Shown in pieces: positions 7,784 through 15,853 of a DNA stretch of 32,000 nt. Source of the DNA: Geotalea uraniireducens Rf4 (GTDB lineage Bacteria; Desulfobacterota; Desulfuromonadia; Geobacterales; Geobacteraceae); contig NC_009483.1 in NCBI RefSeq assembly GCF_000016745.1, forward strand, positions 30,001-62,000, given 5' to 3'. A program made the position numbers and the translations under genes. Numbering within the stretch: the stretch's first letter is position 1; each line of letters begins with the position of its first letter. The notes beneath the pieces are model-generated. The model ran no database searches and had not been told where the DNA came from. It was given only the letters and a program-made list of their open reading frames with translations.

Positions 7784-8554
7784 ATGAAACGATCATTGAT
7801 TCTTGCAGCCGCAGCCCTGATTTCGCTCTTGCCGGTTGCCGGCCACGGCGCGGATGCCGGAAAGCCGGTGCATCCGGCGGTTTCCTCTGCCCGGCCTGAA
7901 GCGGTGAAGCCCAAGGAGCAGACCCCCGTTACGGGTAAGGTGATGCAAACCATGAACGGCGGGGGGTACAGCTATATCCTCCTGAAAAAGGCGAGCGGCG
8001 ACAAGGTTTGGCTGGCCGTACCGCAGATGGATGTTGAACTGGGAGCGACATTAACCTTTAAGCCCGGTATGGAAATGGCGGATCTGCAAAGTAAAGCCCT
8101 GAACCGGACCTTTGAGAAGATCATATTTTCCGAAGGTCTCGTTGATGGAAAAGGGGGTAAGAACGCCAAGAAGAGCGCCAAAAAATCGCCCGGCAGCAAA
8201 GGCTCTGTGGCAACCGCAGGCGAGAAAATAAAGGTGAAAAAGGCCACCGGTCCCAACGCCTATACGGTTGCCGAGCTGTATAAGCTGAAAGGGAAGCTGG
8301 ATAAAAAGAAGGTTGTCGTCAGTGGCAAGGTAGTCAGGGTTTCAGCCGGCATCATGGGTAAAAATTGGGTCCATATTCAGGACGGGAGCGGCGATGCGAA
8401 GAAAGGCACCCATGACCTGGTCGTTACCTCCCAGGCTGTGCCGGTCATCGGCGAGGTGGTGACCGCCAGCGGCACGCTTTATAAAAACAAAGATTTCGGC
8501 GGCGGCTACAAATACGAGGTGATCGTGGAAAAAGCGGAACTGGAGATTCAGTAA
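7784..8554 (+). CDS. secreted protein with two OB-fold-like repeats and a Lys-rich linker
   Basis: Signal peptide MKRSLILAAAALISLLPVAG. Internal duplication (TGKVMQTMNGGGYSYILL.. and SGKVVRVSAGIMGKNWVHIQDGSG..). AAGGAGAAG Shine-Dalgarno. Terminator follows. Confidence 0.6.
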   Translation: MKRSLILAAAALISLLPVAGHGADAGKPVHPAVSSARPEAVKPKEQTPVTGKVMQTMNGGGYSYILLKKASGDKVWLAVPQMDVELGATLTFKPGMEMADLQSKALNRTFEKIIFSEGLVDGKGGKNAKKSAKKSPGSKGSVATAGEKIKVKKATGPNAYTVAELYKLKGKLDKKKVVVSGKVVRVSAGIMGKNWVHIQDGSGDAKKGTHDLVVTSQAVPVIGEVVTASGTLYKNKDFGGGYKYEVIVEKAELEIQ

Positions 8555-8572
8555 CCGGTCGTTTCCCCAGCT

Positions 8573-8607
8573 AAAAAGCCCCCTGTCATGCAGGGGGCTT
8601 TTTTTTA
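8573..8607 (+). terminator. intrinsic terminator
   Basis: AGCCCCCTG tcatg CAGGGGGCT followed by T8. Confidence 0.8.
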
Positions 8608-8796
8608 TTCGTGCGCACTTTGCCGGTGGAGCCGGGGCACCGTATTCATCGCTATCCAACCTTTCTCCGTAAATATTTCCATACATTTAAAGGCCGTCTT
8701 ATCCGGCCGGAATTACGCCTCTTTTTACCTTGAAAAACAAGGGGGAATCCTGCCAAACTCTTTGACAATTGGCCCCCTTTCCGTTACCTTGACGTC

Positions 8797-9258
8797 ATGC
8801 AAGATATGCTCGTCGATCATGGTTACCCGGCCCTGTTTTTCCTCAGTTTCCTTGCATCGACTATGATTCCGCTTGGCTCTGAATGGCTGCTTGTGGTCAT
8901 GCTGGTGAACCATCATGATCCGTTCACTACGGTGGCAGTTGCCACGGTCGGCAACTGCCTGGGAGCATGCACGACCTATTGGCTCGGCATTTTCGGCGGG
9001 CCTTGGTTGATCCGCCGAATTTTACGCATCGATGAAGAGGCGGAGGCAAAGGCGGAAAGATTCTATGGCCGTTACGGCTCCTGGTCGCTTCTGCTTTCCT
9101 GGCTGCCGGTCATCGGTGATCCACTTTGCCTGGTCGGCGGGCTCCTGCGAATACGCTTCCTTCGATTTTCAGCGCTGGTCTTTGTCGGCAAACTGGGCCG
9201 GTATGCGGCCGTTGGCTGGTTGACCTTGCAGGGGGCGCGGATTGCGAATTTGGGGTAA
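8797..9258 (+). CDS. YqaA/DedA-like (SNARE-associated) membrane protein
   Basis: Hydrophobic 153-aa ORF with LSWLPVIGDPLCLVGG, typical of the YqaA family (COG1238-like). Confidence 0.65.
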   Translation: MQDMLVDHGYPALFFLSFLASTMIPLGSEWLLVVMLVNHHDPFTTVAVATVGNCLGACTTYWLGIFGGPWLIRRILRIDEEAEAKAERFYGRYGSWSLLLSWLPVIGDPLCLVGGLLRIRFLRFSALVFVGKLGRYAAVGWLTLQGARIANLG

Positions 9259-9276
9259 TGGGTGAATGGAGGTTTA

Positions 9277-10569
9277 ATGATAACCCGTCGTAAAAAGGTT
9301 CTGGCCAACGGCCTGCGGGTGGTGGCGGTGGAAATGCCGCACCTGCACAGCGTTGAGATTGCAGTATACATCAGGGTCGGCGGACGCAACGACCCGAGAG
9401 AGCAGGCAGGCCTCTCCCATTTTCTTGAACACATGTTGTTTCGCGGTAATACCGATTACCCTACGAGCCTTGATCTGGAAGTGGCCTTCGACGCCATCGG
9501 CGGAAGCGTCAATGCCGCAACCGACGAGGAGAGCACCTGTTATTTTTCCCGCGTCCATCCGCGCCACGTTGAAAATGGGATACGGCTTTTTTCCTCCATG
9601 CTGCTTCGTTCAACCCTGGCCGGTATTGACATAGAAAAACGGATAATTACCGAAGAGGCGCTCGAAGATATAAATGACAGGGGGGAGGAAACCAATCCCA
9701 GCAACCTGTCGAGCAGGCTCATGTGGCCGGGTCATCCGCTCGGTGTACCGACCATCGGCTATCTGGACACCATCAGCCGGTTTACCGAGGCAGACCTGCG
9801 CGGCCACCTGGCTCACCATTACGTCCCCGGCAACGCCGTTGTGGTCGTGGCGGGGGATATCCAGGGCGAATCGGTATTTGCGGCGTGTGAAACGGCATTT
9901 GCGGAGTGGAACGGTCCGACTCCCCCTGCATCTCCGCCGGCAGAGCATAGCCAGCGCAGGGTGCAGTCATTGTTTGTCAAGGACTCCGACAGCCAGGTGA
10001 ATCTCCAGATCGCTTTCCGTGGCTTTGCCCGGCCGGACCAGAGAATCATGACGGTCAGGCTGATTCGCAGGATCCTTTGCGGCGGGGGGAGCTCCCGGCT
10101 GCACCTGCTTTTGCGGGAGAGGCTCGGCATCGTGTATTCTGTGGATGCCTCCATTTCTGCCTATGATGAAACCGGTTCTTTTTGCATTGAACTGGCCACA
10201 GCGCCGGAAAATCTGTCGTTGGCGGTGACCGAGATATTGAAGGAAACCGGGAGACTGGCGGTAGAAGGGGTGACGGACGAGGAGTTGCAGCGGGTCAAGG
10301 AGGGATATTTCTTTGATCTGGAGTACAGCCGGGACTCCACCTATGAAATGCAGGTGCGTTACGGTTGGGGAGAGTTGATGGACATCGTCCGGGAGCTGGA
10401 AGAAGACCATGCCGAGGCGACCGCAGTCACTGGGGCAACTATTCGTGCGACTGCGGAGTCACTGTTTGCGCCCCACAACATTAACCTGGTGGCGGTCGGG
10501 CCGTGGAAAGCCACCCTCAAACGGCAGGTGGAAAAAATTCTGCTAGACTATGAACGGAACTGGAGATAA
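9277..10569 (+). CDS. M16 family (pitrilysin/insulinase-like) zinc peptidase
   Basis: Inverted zinc motif HFLEHMLF (HxxEH). Length and two-domain layout fit the family. I chose ATG 9277, after GGAGG. Confidence 0.8.
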   Translation: MITRRKKVLANGLRVVAVEMPHLHSVEIAVYIRVGGRNDPREQAGLSHFLEHMLFRGNTDYPTSLDLEVAFDAIGGSVNAATDEESTCYFSRVHPRHVENGIRLFSSMLLRSTLAGIDIEKRIITEEALEDINDRGEETNPSNLSSRLMWPGHPLGVPTIGYLDTISRFTEADLRGHLAHHYVPGNAVVVVAGDIQGESVFAACETAFAEWNGPTPPASPPAEHSQRRVQSLFVKDSDSQVNLQIAFRGFARPDQRIMTVRLIRRILCGGGSSRLHLLLRERLGIVYSVDASISAYDETGSFCIELATAPENLSLAVTEILKETGRLAVEGVTDEELQRVKEGYFFDLEYSRDSTYEMQVRYGWGELMDIVRELEEDHAEATAVTGATIRATAESLFAPHNINLVAVGPWKATLKRQVEKILLDYERNWR

Positions 10570-10593
10570 GGGACTGGGAACTGGGAACTGGGG
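10570..10593. repeat. short heptamer array GGGACT GGGAACT GGGAACT GGGG
   Basis: Starts the base after the M16 stop codon (10567-10569). Four G3+ runs with 3-4 nt loops. Confidence 0.8.
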
Positions 10594-10639
10594 AAAAAAG
10601 CCGAAATTATCAAGGATCGTTGCTGATAAAGGAGTGTCG

Positions 10640-11023
10640 ATGGAAACTGCAATCTTACTCATGGCTCACGGGAGCCGCATTACCGAGGCGAACCATGCCG
10701 TGCATGAAATAGCCGGGATGGTGAAGCAGATGACCGGTTACGACATTGTCGAGGTGTCGTTCCGCGAGCAGCATGCGCCGAACATTCAGAAAGGGATCGA
10801 TGCCTGCGTGGCCCGGGGGGCAGAGCGGATTCTGCTCATCCCCTATTTTCTCTACATGGGGGCCCATGTGCTGGAAGACCTGCCGGCAGAGCTTGAAGAG
10901 GCCAGGGTGCGTTACCCCCGGGTGGAAATGGCGATGGGGAAACACCTGGGCGTGCATCGGAAGCTGGCCGAGATCGTCGTGGACCGGATTGCCGAATCCC
11001 TGACCGAGCAGAGGTGGTACTGA
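10640..11023 (+). CDS. cbiX: sirohydrochlorin cobaltochelatase, small CbiX form
   Basis: METAILLMAHGSR..., single 127-aa CbiX domain, first gene of the cbi run. I trimmed the track ORF to ATG 10640, after GGAG. Confidence 0.75.
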   Translation: METAILLMAHGSRITEANHAVHEIAGMVKQMTGYDIVEVSFREQHAPNIQKGIDACVARGAERILLIPYFLYMGAHVLEDLPAELEEARVRYPRVEMAMGKHLGVHRKLAEIVVDRIAESLTEQRWY

Positions 11024-11664
11024 TGTCAGTCCATCTGCGCCCCGAAGAGATCGAGGCGGAATCGTTTCGGATGATAGATGCGGAAGTGGGTCCGCATCCC
11101 TGGTCGCCGAGCGAATGGCCGGTGGTGCGACGGGTGATCCATACCAGCGCAGATTTTGAATACTCGCGCTCCATGTTTTTTTCTGCGGATGCGGTTTTTC
11201 GTGGTGTGGAGGCCTTGCGCAAAGGGCGCGGCATTGTAACCGATACCACCATGGCTTATTCCGGCATCAGCAAGGTGCGGCGGGAAAAATTCGGCAACGG
11301 GATATCCTGCTTTGTCGCTGACCCGGAAGTCGCAAGGGAAGCCCGGTCGCAGGGGATTACCCGCTCCATACTGGCCATGCGCAAGGGGGCGGCGGATCAG
11401 GACAACGGCATCTTCGTCATCGGCAATGCCCCGACCGCACTGTTCGAGCTTTTGCGTCTCGTGCGGCAGGAGGGCTTAAGGCCGGACCTTGTCATCGGCT
11501 TGCCGGTCGGCTTTGTCGGCGCGGCGGAGAGCAAGAATGCGCTCCTGGCCCTGGAGGCCGAGTATCCGCAGATCCCGTTCATAACCAATCGGGGACGCAA
11601 AGGCGGCTCGAATGTGGCCGCGGCAATAGTGAATGCCCTGCTGATAATGGCGGAAGAGGGCTGA
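11023..11664 (+). CDS. cbiC: cobalt-precorrin-8 methylmutase
   Basis: VIHTSADFEY, GNAPTAL and GSNVAAA motifs. The ATG overlaps the cbiX stop (TGATG). Confidence 0.85.
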   Translation: MSVHLRPEEIEAESFRMIDAEVGPHPWSPSEWPVVRRVIHTSADFEYSRSMFFSADAVFRGVEALRKGRGIVTDTTMAYSGISKVRREKFGNGISCFVADPEVAREARSQGITRSILAMRKGAADQDNGIFVIGNAPTALFELLRLVRQEGLRPDLVIGLPVGFVGAAESKNALLALEAEYPQIPFITNRGRKGGSNVAAAIVNALLIMAEEG

Positions 11665-11684
11665 TGATGTAAGGCCGGGAAGTT

Positions 11685-12794
11685 ATGGCAAATAAACCTC
11701 TCAAATACGGCTATACCACCGGCGCCTGCGCTGCCGCGGCAGCGAAAGGCGCAGCGCAGATGCTGCGGGATCGACAGCTGCTCGATCACGTGGAGATCAT
11801 TCTCCCCGGTGGAGAGCTGGCAGAGTTTCAGCTGCATGGTCAAGTGCTGGGTGAAAATTCCGCTTCCTGCTACGTGATCAAGGACGCGGGAGACGATCCC
11901 GATGTGACCAACGGTGCGGAAATCCATGCCTCCGTGCTTGTCGAGACAGCGACGGACTGCGGCAAGGGCGAGGTGATTATTTCCGGCGGTACGGGGGTCG
12001 GCAGGGTGACCAAGCCGGGACTGGCCGTAGCGGTCGGCGAGTGGGCGATAAATCCGGTGCCGCGAAAGATGATCCGCCTGGTCATCCATGAGGTCTTTGC
12101 CATCCGCTGCATGCCGGCGGTCATCAGGGTGGCTGTCAGCATTCCCAACGGCGAGGAGCTTGCCAAAAAAACCCTTAATGCCCGGCTTGGCATTATCGGC
12201 GGCCTGTCCATCCTCGGCACCACCGGAATCGTCAAGCCTATTTCCGTCAAGGCCTGGACCGATACCATCGATGCCGCCATTGACGTGGCCCTGGCCTGCG
12301 GCAGTGAAACTGTCGTCCTTTCCACCGGACGGACGAGCGAGATGGTTGCGGAGAAACACTTTGGGATCGGGGATCGGGGATCGGGGATCGGGAAAGGCAT
12401 GAAGGAGGAGTCCTTCATCATGATGGGTGACCATGCGGGTTATTCCCTGGCAGCCTGCGCCCGGAAAGGGGTGAGGAGCGTCGTTGTCGCCGGCCAGTTC
12501 GCCAAGCTCTTGAAGATCGCCTGCGGCCACGAGCAGACCCACGTCGCGTCATCCGAGCTGGACCTCCGGACTCTGGCGGAATGGTGCGCCGTTGCCGATC
12601 CCAGATCCCAGATCCCCGGTTACTGCTTGAAAGCGAACACTGCCCGGCACGTACTGGAGGCTTCCGGCAACGACCCGGAGCTGATCGCTCTCGTCTGCGG
12701 CAGGGTGAGGTCGTTTGCCGAAAAGCTGGCCTCGGGCGTAGAGATAAAGGTTTTGCTGGCGGGGTATAATGGAGAAGTGTTATATTTCGGCTGA
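11685..12794 (+). CDS. cbiD: cobalt-precorrin-5B (C1)-methyltransferase, with two repeat-encoded insertions
   Basis: KYGYTTGACAAAAAKGA at the N-terminus, ILGTTGIVKPIS, MMGDHAGY. Insertions GIGDRGSGIGKG and DPRSQIP are encoded by heptamer arrays. Confidence 0.85.
   Translation: MANKPLKYGYTTGACAAAAAKGAAQMLRDRQLLDHVEIILPGGELAEFQLHGQVLGENSASCYVIKDAGDDPDVTNGAEIHASVLVETATDCGKGEVIISGGTGVGRVTKPGLAVAVGEWAINPVPRKMIRLVIHEVFAIRCMPAVIRVAVSIPNGEELAKKTLNARLGIIGGLSILGTTGIVKPISVKAWTDTIDAAIDVALACGSETVVLSTGRTSEMVAEKHFGIGDRGSGIGKGMKEESFIMMGDHAGYSLAACARKGVRSVVVAGQFAKLLKIACGHEQTHVASSELDLRTLAEWCAVADPRSQIPGYCLKANTARHVLEASGNDPELIALVCGRVRSFAEKLASGVEIKVLLAGYNGEVLYFG
12363..12392. repeat. 4 x GGGATCG (+GG) inside the cbiD coding sequence
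   Basis: Counted directly. Five G3-4 runs separated by ATC on the sense strand. Confidence 0.9.
12595..12618. repeat. CCGATC CCAGATC CCAGATC CCCC inside cbiD, reverse complement of the 12363 array type
   Basis: Counted directly. The reverse complement reads GGGG GATCTGG GATCTGG GATCGG. Confidence 0.85.
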
Positions 12795-12880
12795 AATTTG
12801 ACAGAACAGCAGGAGTGCAACGCAGATTGCGCAGATTTTTGACGTAAGCGACGAATCAGCACTAAATGAAGGAGGTTCAC

Positions 12881-14098
12881 ATGCCTCAGCAAAAAATCTA
12901 CCTGATCGGGGCGGGTATCGAAGGATGGGAAGGGTTTGGCGCAACGGCGCTGGAGGTGATCAACAAGGCCGAGGTGTTGATCGGCCACCAGCGGCTGCTC
13001 GACATTTTTCCCGATTTCAAGGGTGAAAAGCGGGTGCTGGAGGACCTCTCCATCATGCTCGACTATCTGAAGAGCACGGACAAGCAGACGGTGGTGCTCG
13101 GCTCCGGTGACCCGAATTTTTTCGGAGTGGCCCGTTTCATCCTGCGCAACCTCCCCAAGGAGCGGATCGAGATCTTTCCCAATGTCACGAGCGTACAGTA
13201 TGCCTTTGCCAGGATCAAGGAGCCGTGGGATGATGCCGTCTTCGTTTCCGTCCATGGCCGGGGGCTGAAAAGCGCCATCGACCGGATCATCGCCGCGGAG
13301 AAGGTGGCAGTGCTCACCGATGGGGTCAATTCCCCGTCGGCCATCGCGAAAGAGCTGATTGAGCGCGGCGCCGAAGGTTACGAGGCATGGTTGTGCGAAG
13401 ACCTGGGGCTGCTGACGGAAAAGTTCACCAAGACCGACGTCAAGGGGCTCGTCGACCTCCCCGCTTCTCCCCTCAACATACTGATTCTCATCAAGGCATG
13501 GGAACCGAATCTGGAGAACTATCCGCTCATCGGCATCAGCGACGAGGAGTTCGCCACTGCCAAGAAGCTGATCACCAAGGAAGAGGTGAGGGCGGTGACC
13601 CTGGCCAAGCTCCAGTTGCAGGACGACCTGGTGCTGTGGGACATCGGCGCCGGGAGCGGTTCGGTCTCCATCGAGGCGGGGAATCTGATGCCGAACGGCA
13701 AGATCTTCGCCCTGGAAAAGAACCCCCAGTACCTGAGCTTCATCCGCGACAACCTGAAGAAATTCGTTGCCCGCAACGTCATGCTGATCGAGGCGTATGC
13801 CCCCGAGGGGCTCGACGACCTTCCCGACCCGGACCGGGTTTTCATCGGCGGCTCCGGCGGCATGCTCGAGGAGATCATCGAGGCGGTGGACCGGCGGCTC
13901 AGACCGGAAGGGCAGATCGTTCTCAACGCCGTGACCCTCGACACCCTGACCAAGGCGGTAGAGTTCCTTGAGGACCACGGCTACACGGTGGAGGTGACCT
14001 GCGTCAACATCGCCAAGACCCGAGGGCTGACCGAATACAAGATGTTTGAGTCTCATAACCCGGTCTATATCATCGCCGCCTGGAAGGGGGAGGAATGA
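12881..14098 (+). CDS. cbiET: fused CbiE/CbiT: cobalt-precorrin-6B/7 C5,C15-methyltransferase (decarboxylating), CobL-like
   Basis: N-terminal tetrapyrrole methylase domain (IYLIGAGIEG...GSGDPNFFG) plus a C-terminal SAM methyltransferase domain (LWDIGAGSGSVSIE). I chose ATG 12881, after GAAGGAGG. Confidence 0.85.
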   Translation: MPQQKIYLIGAGIEGWEGFGATALEVINKAEVLIGHQRLLDIFPDFKGEKRVLEDLSIMLDYLKSTDKQTVVLGSGDPNFFGVARFILRNLPKERIEIFPNVTSVQYAFARIKEPWDDAVFVSVHGRGLKSAIDRIIAAEKVAVLTDGVNSPSAIAKELIERGAEGYEAWLCEDLGLLTEKFTKTDVKGLVDLPASPLNILILIKAWEPNLENYPLIGISDEEFATAKKLITKEEVRAVTLAKLQLQDDLVLWDIGAGSGSVSIEAGNLMPNGKIFALEKNPQYLSFIRDNLKKFVARNVMLIEAYAPEGLDDLPDPDRVFIGGSGGMLEEIIEAVDRRLRPEGQIVLNAVTLDTLTKAVEFLEDHGYTVEVTCVNIAKTRGLTEYKMFESHNPVYIIAAWKGEE

Positions 14099-14112
14099 CG
14101 GCTTCGCCAAAA

Positions 14113-14199
14113 GTCCATCTCCGTCGTTGCTCGCACCCTTCGTCATTACAGCGTACCTTACAGGTACGCCTCATTCCTCAGGGCGTTCGCGCCTAGGAC
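14113..14199. repeat. imperfect palindromic REP/MITE-like element (GTCC...GGAC), copy A
   Basis: Central perfect hairpin GCGTACC ttaca GGTACGC. Outer arms are partly complementary. A related copy lies at 23835-23940. Confidence 0.6.
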
Positions 14200-14214
14200 C
14201 TGGAGTTTTTTGCT

Positions 14215-14949
14215 GTGCCGTTAAACGTGAAGAATGAAAAGAAAAGAGTGGCAAAGATTTACGCCGTCGGGGTCGGCCCCGGCGACCCTGAGCTCCTCAC
14301 CAGAAAGGCCGAGCGGATCATCCGCACTGTCCCGGTGATATGCACCCCGACCGGCACCGCGGATGCCTCCAGCTACGCCCTCTCCATCGTCGAGGAGTTC
14401 ATCGACCGGAGCCGTCAGGAGGTGCTCGTCCAGGTATTTCCCATGCGAAAGGACCAGGAGGGGCTAGACGAATTCTGGGAGAAGGCCGCAGACGAAGTGG
14501 CGGAGCGGATCGGTCAAGGGCTCGACGTGGCCTTCATCACCATCGGCGACCCGTTCCTCTATTCCACCTTTCTCTATCTCTACCGCATTTTTCGCAAACG
14601 GTATTCCCACATACCGATAGAGGTGGTGCCCGGGATCACCAGCGTGGGCGCAGCCTCTGTGGCCGCCGGTCTTCCCTTGGGGATGGCCTCCGACCGGATC
14701 GCCATACTCCCCACCACATACGAGGACGCGGAGTTAAGGAAGACCTTCCGCGAGTTCGATACCGTGGTGCTGATGAAGGTGAACCGGGTCTTCGACCGGG
14801 TCTATGCCCTGCTAAGGGAACTGGGGCTGGATAAGAACGCCGCCTTTGTCCGTCGGGTGGGCTCCAGCGATGAAGAGGTGGTGTTCGATCTTGCGACGCT
14901 GGTGGGTCAGAAGCTGGATTACCTGTCGCTTTTGATCGTGAAGAAGTGA
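14215..14949 (+). CDS. cbiL: cobalt-factor II / precorrin-2 C20-methyltransferase
   Basis: IYAVGVGPGDPELLT, ITIGDPFLYSTF, VVPGITS. The start is uncertain: GTG at 14215, 14227 or 14248. Confidence 0.8.
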   Translation: MPLNVKNEKKRVAKIYAVGVGPGDPELLTRKAERIIRTVPVICTPTGTADASSYALSIVEEFIDRSRQEVLVQVFPMRKDQEGLDEFWEKAADEVAERIGQGLDVAFITIGDPFLYSTFLYLYRIFRKRYSHIPIEVVPGITSVGAASVAAGLPLGMASDRIAILPTTYEDAELRKTFREFDTVVLMKVNRVFDRVYALLRELGLDKNAAFVRRVGSSDEEVVFDLATLVGQKLDYLSLLIVKK

Positions 14950-14980
14950 GCTACGTTAATTGCCACGCACTGCATGGCGG

Positions 14981-15020
14981 TTGACCTTGGCCGAATCTGA
15001 TTGTATGATCAAATCAGATT
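14981..15020 (+). promoter_or_regulatory. vapBC promoter with an overlapping palindromic operator
   Basis: TTGACC (14981-14986), 17 nt, TATGAT (15004-15009). A perfect 9-bp inverted repeat AATCTGATT (14994-15002) / AATCAGATT (15012-15020) brackets the -10. Confidence 0.65.
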
Positions 15021-15041
15021 ATCAGATAAAGGGGGACCGAA

Positions 15042-15308
15042 ATGCGTTCAGTTACAGCTACGGAGCTCGCCCGCAACTTCCGGGTAACGCTCGACGCGGT
15101 AGAATACAATCATGAAGAATTTATAATCGTTCGCAACAATCATGAAGTGGCAAGAATCATCCCCGGCCCGTCAACCATGACAGCCATGGAAGCGATGGCG
15201 GATATCTACCGGACTCTGCCTGAAGAAGCTGCAGCCGGCTGGCTGAGAAATTCCCGGCAGATCAAGGATATCCTGAGCGACGAGGTGCGCGATCCATGGG
15301 ATTCCTGA
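15042..15308 (+). CDS. vapB: type II antitoxin, Phd/YefM family (VapB-like)
   Basis: N-terminus MRSVTATELARNFRVTLDAVEYNHEEFIIVRNN is typical of Phd/YefM. It overlaps the downstream PIN gene by 13 nt. Confidence 0.75.
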   Translation: MRSVTATELARNFRVTLDAVEYNHEEFIIVRNNHEVARIIPGPSTMTAMEAMADIYRTLPEEAAAGWLRNSRQIKDILSDEVRDPWDS

Positions 15309-15736
15309 TCGACACCTGTATCTGGATTGATGTTGAAAGAGGAACGCTCGCTCCTGCCGATGTAGCCGCTGTTACCGGCGAAGAACCTGTCTACCTGTCG
15401 CCGGTGACCATAGCGGAGTTGAAATTCGGTGCGGAGAACGCCAAAACCGCCGATCTCCGCCAGAAACGGCTGGCAGCACTCACGCGGCTCAAGCGAAAAC
15501 CGCTGCTCATGATCGACGAGACGACAGGTGAGATTTTTGGCGATATCGCCGCGCAGATCAGAAAACATGGCAAGCAGCATCAGTACCGGGTCCAGGATTT
15601 ATGGTTAGCCAGCCAGGCCGTACAGCACGGTTTTCGATTTCTTACCCATAACCGCAAGGACTTTGCCGACATTCCTGGACTACAGCTCATCGTTTGGAGC
15701 GATGCATTTAGCATGAAGGCGCGGCAGGGTGAATAA
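15296..15736 (+). CDS. vapC: PIN-domain ribonuclease toxin VapC
   Basis: LIDTCIWID (first acidic residue), SPVTIAELKFG, DLWLASQA, LTHNRKDF: the standard PIN/VapC layout. Confidence 0.8.
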   Translation: MGFLIDTCIWIDVERGTLAPADVAAVTGEEPVYLSPVTIAELKFGAENAKTADLRQKRLAALTRLKRKPLLMIDETTGEIFGDIAAQIRKHGKQHQYRVQDLWLASQAVQHGFRFLTHNRKDFADIPGLQLIVWSDAFSMKARQGE

Positions 15737-15853
15737 ATCTGAAAATCTCAGTCTGCATCTTAAAAATAAATCCCGCAACTCCGCAGAATTTAATAATGTT
15801 CTATCCATAATGTTCTGTAAACCCTTGTTAATTCAGGTTTTTGAGGTTTAATA

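Noticed and set aside
8607-8796. Searched for a cobalamin riboswitch ahead of the cbi-containing gene run.
   Set aside because: By eye I found no B12 box (GCCACTG-type core) or the conserved GGTG/AATCC elements. A covariance-model scan would be decisive.
12620-14146. Long antisense ORFs: 508 aa at 12620..14146(-), 447 aa at 18985..20328(-), 381 aa at 11397..12542(-), 266 aa at 25425..26225(-), 271 aa at 1300..2115(+), 265 aa at 3264..4061(+), 253 aa at 5576..6337(+).
   Set aside because: All lie opposite genes with clear family motifs. They have Arg/Gly/Pro/His-rich low-complexity translations typical of shadow frames in GC-rich DNA, and no recognisable domains.
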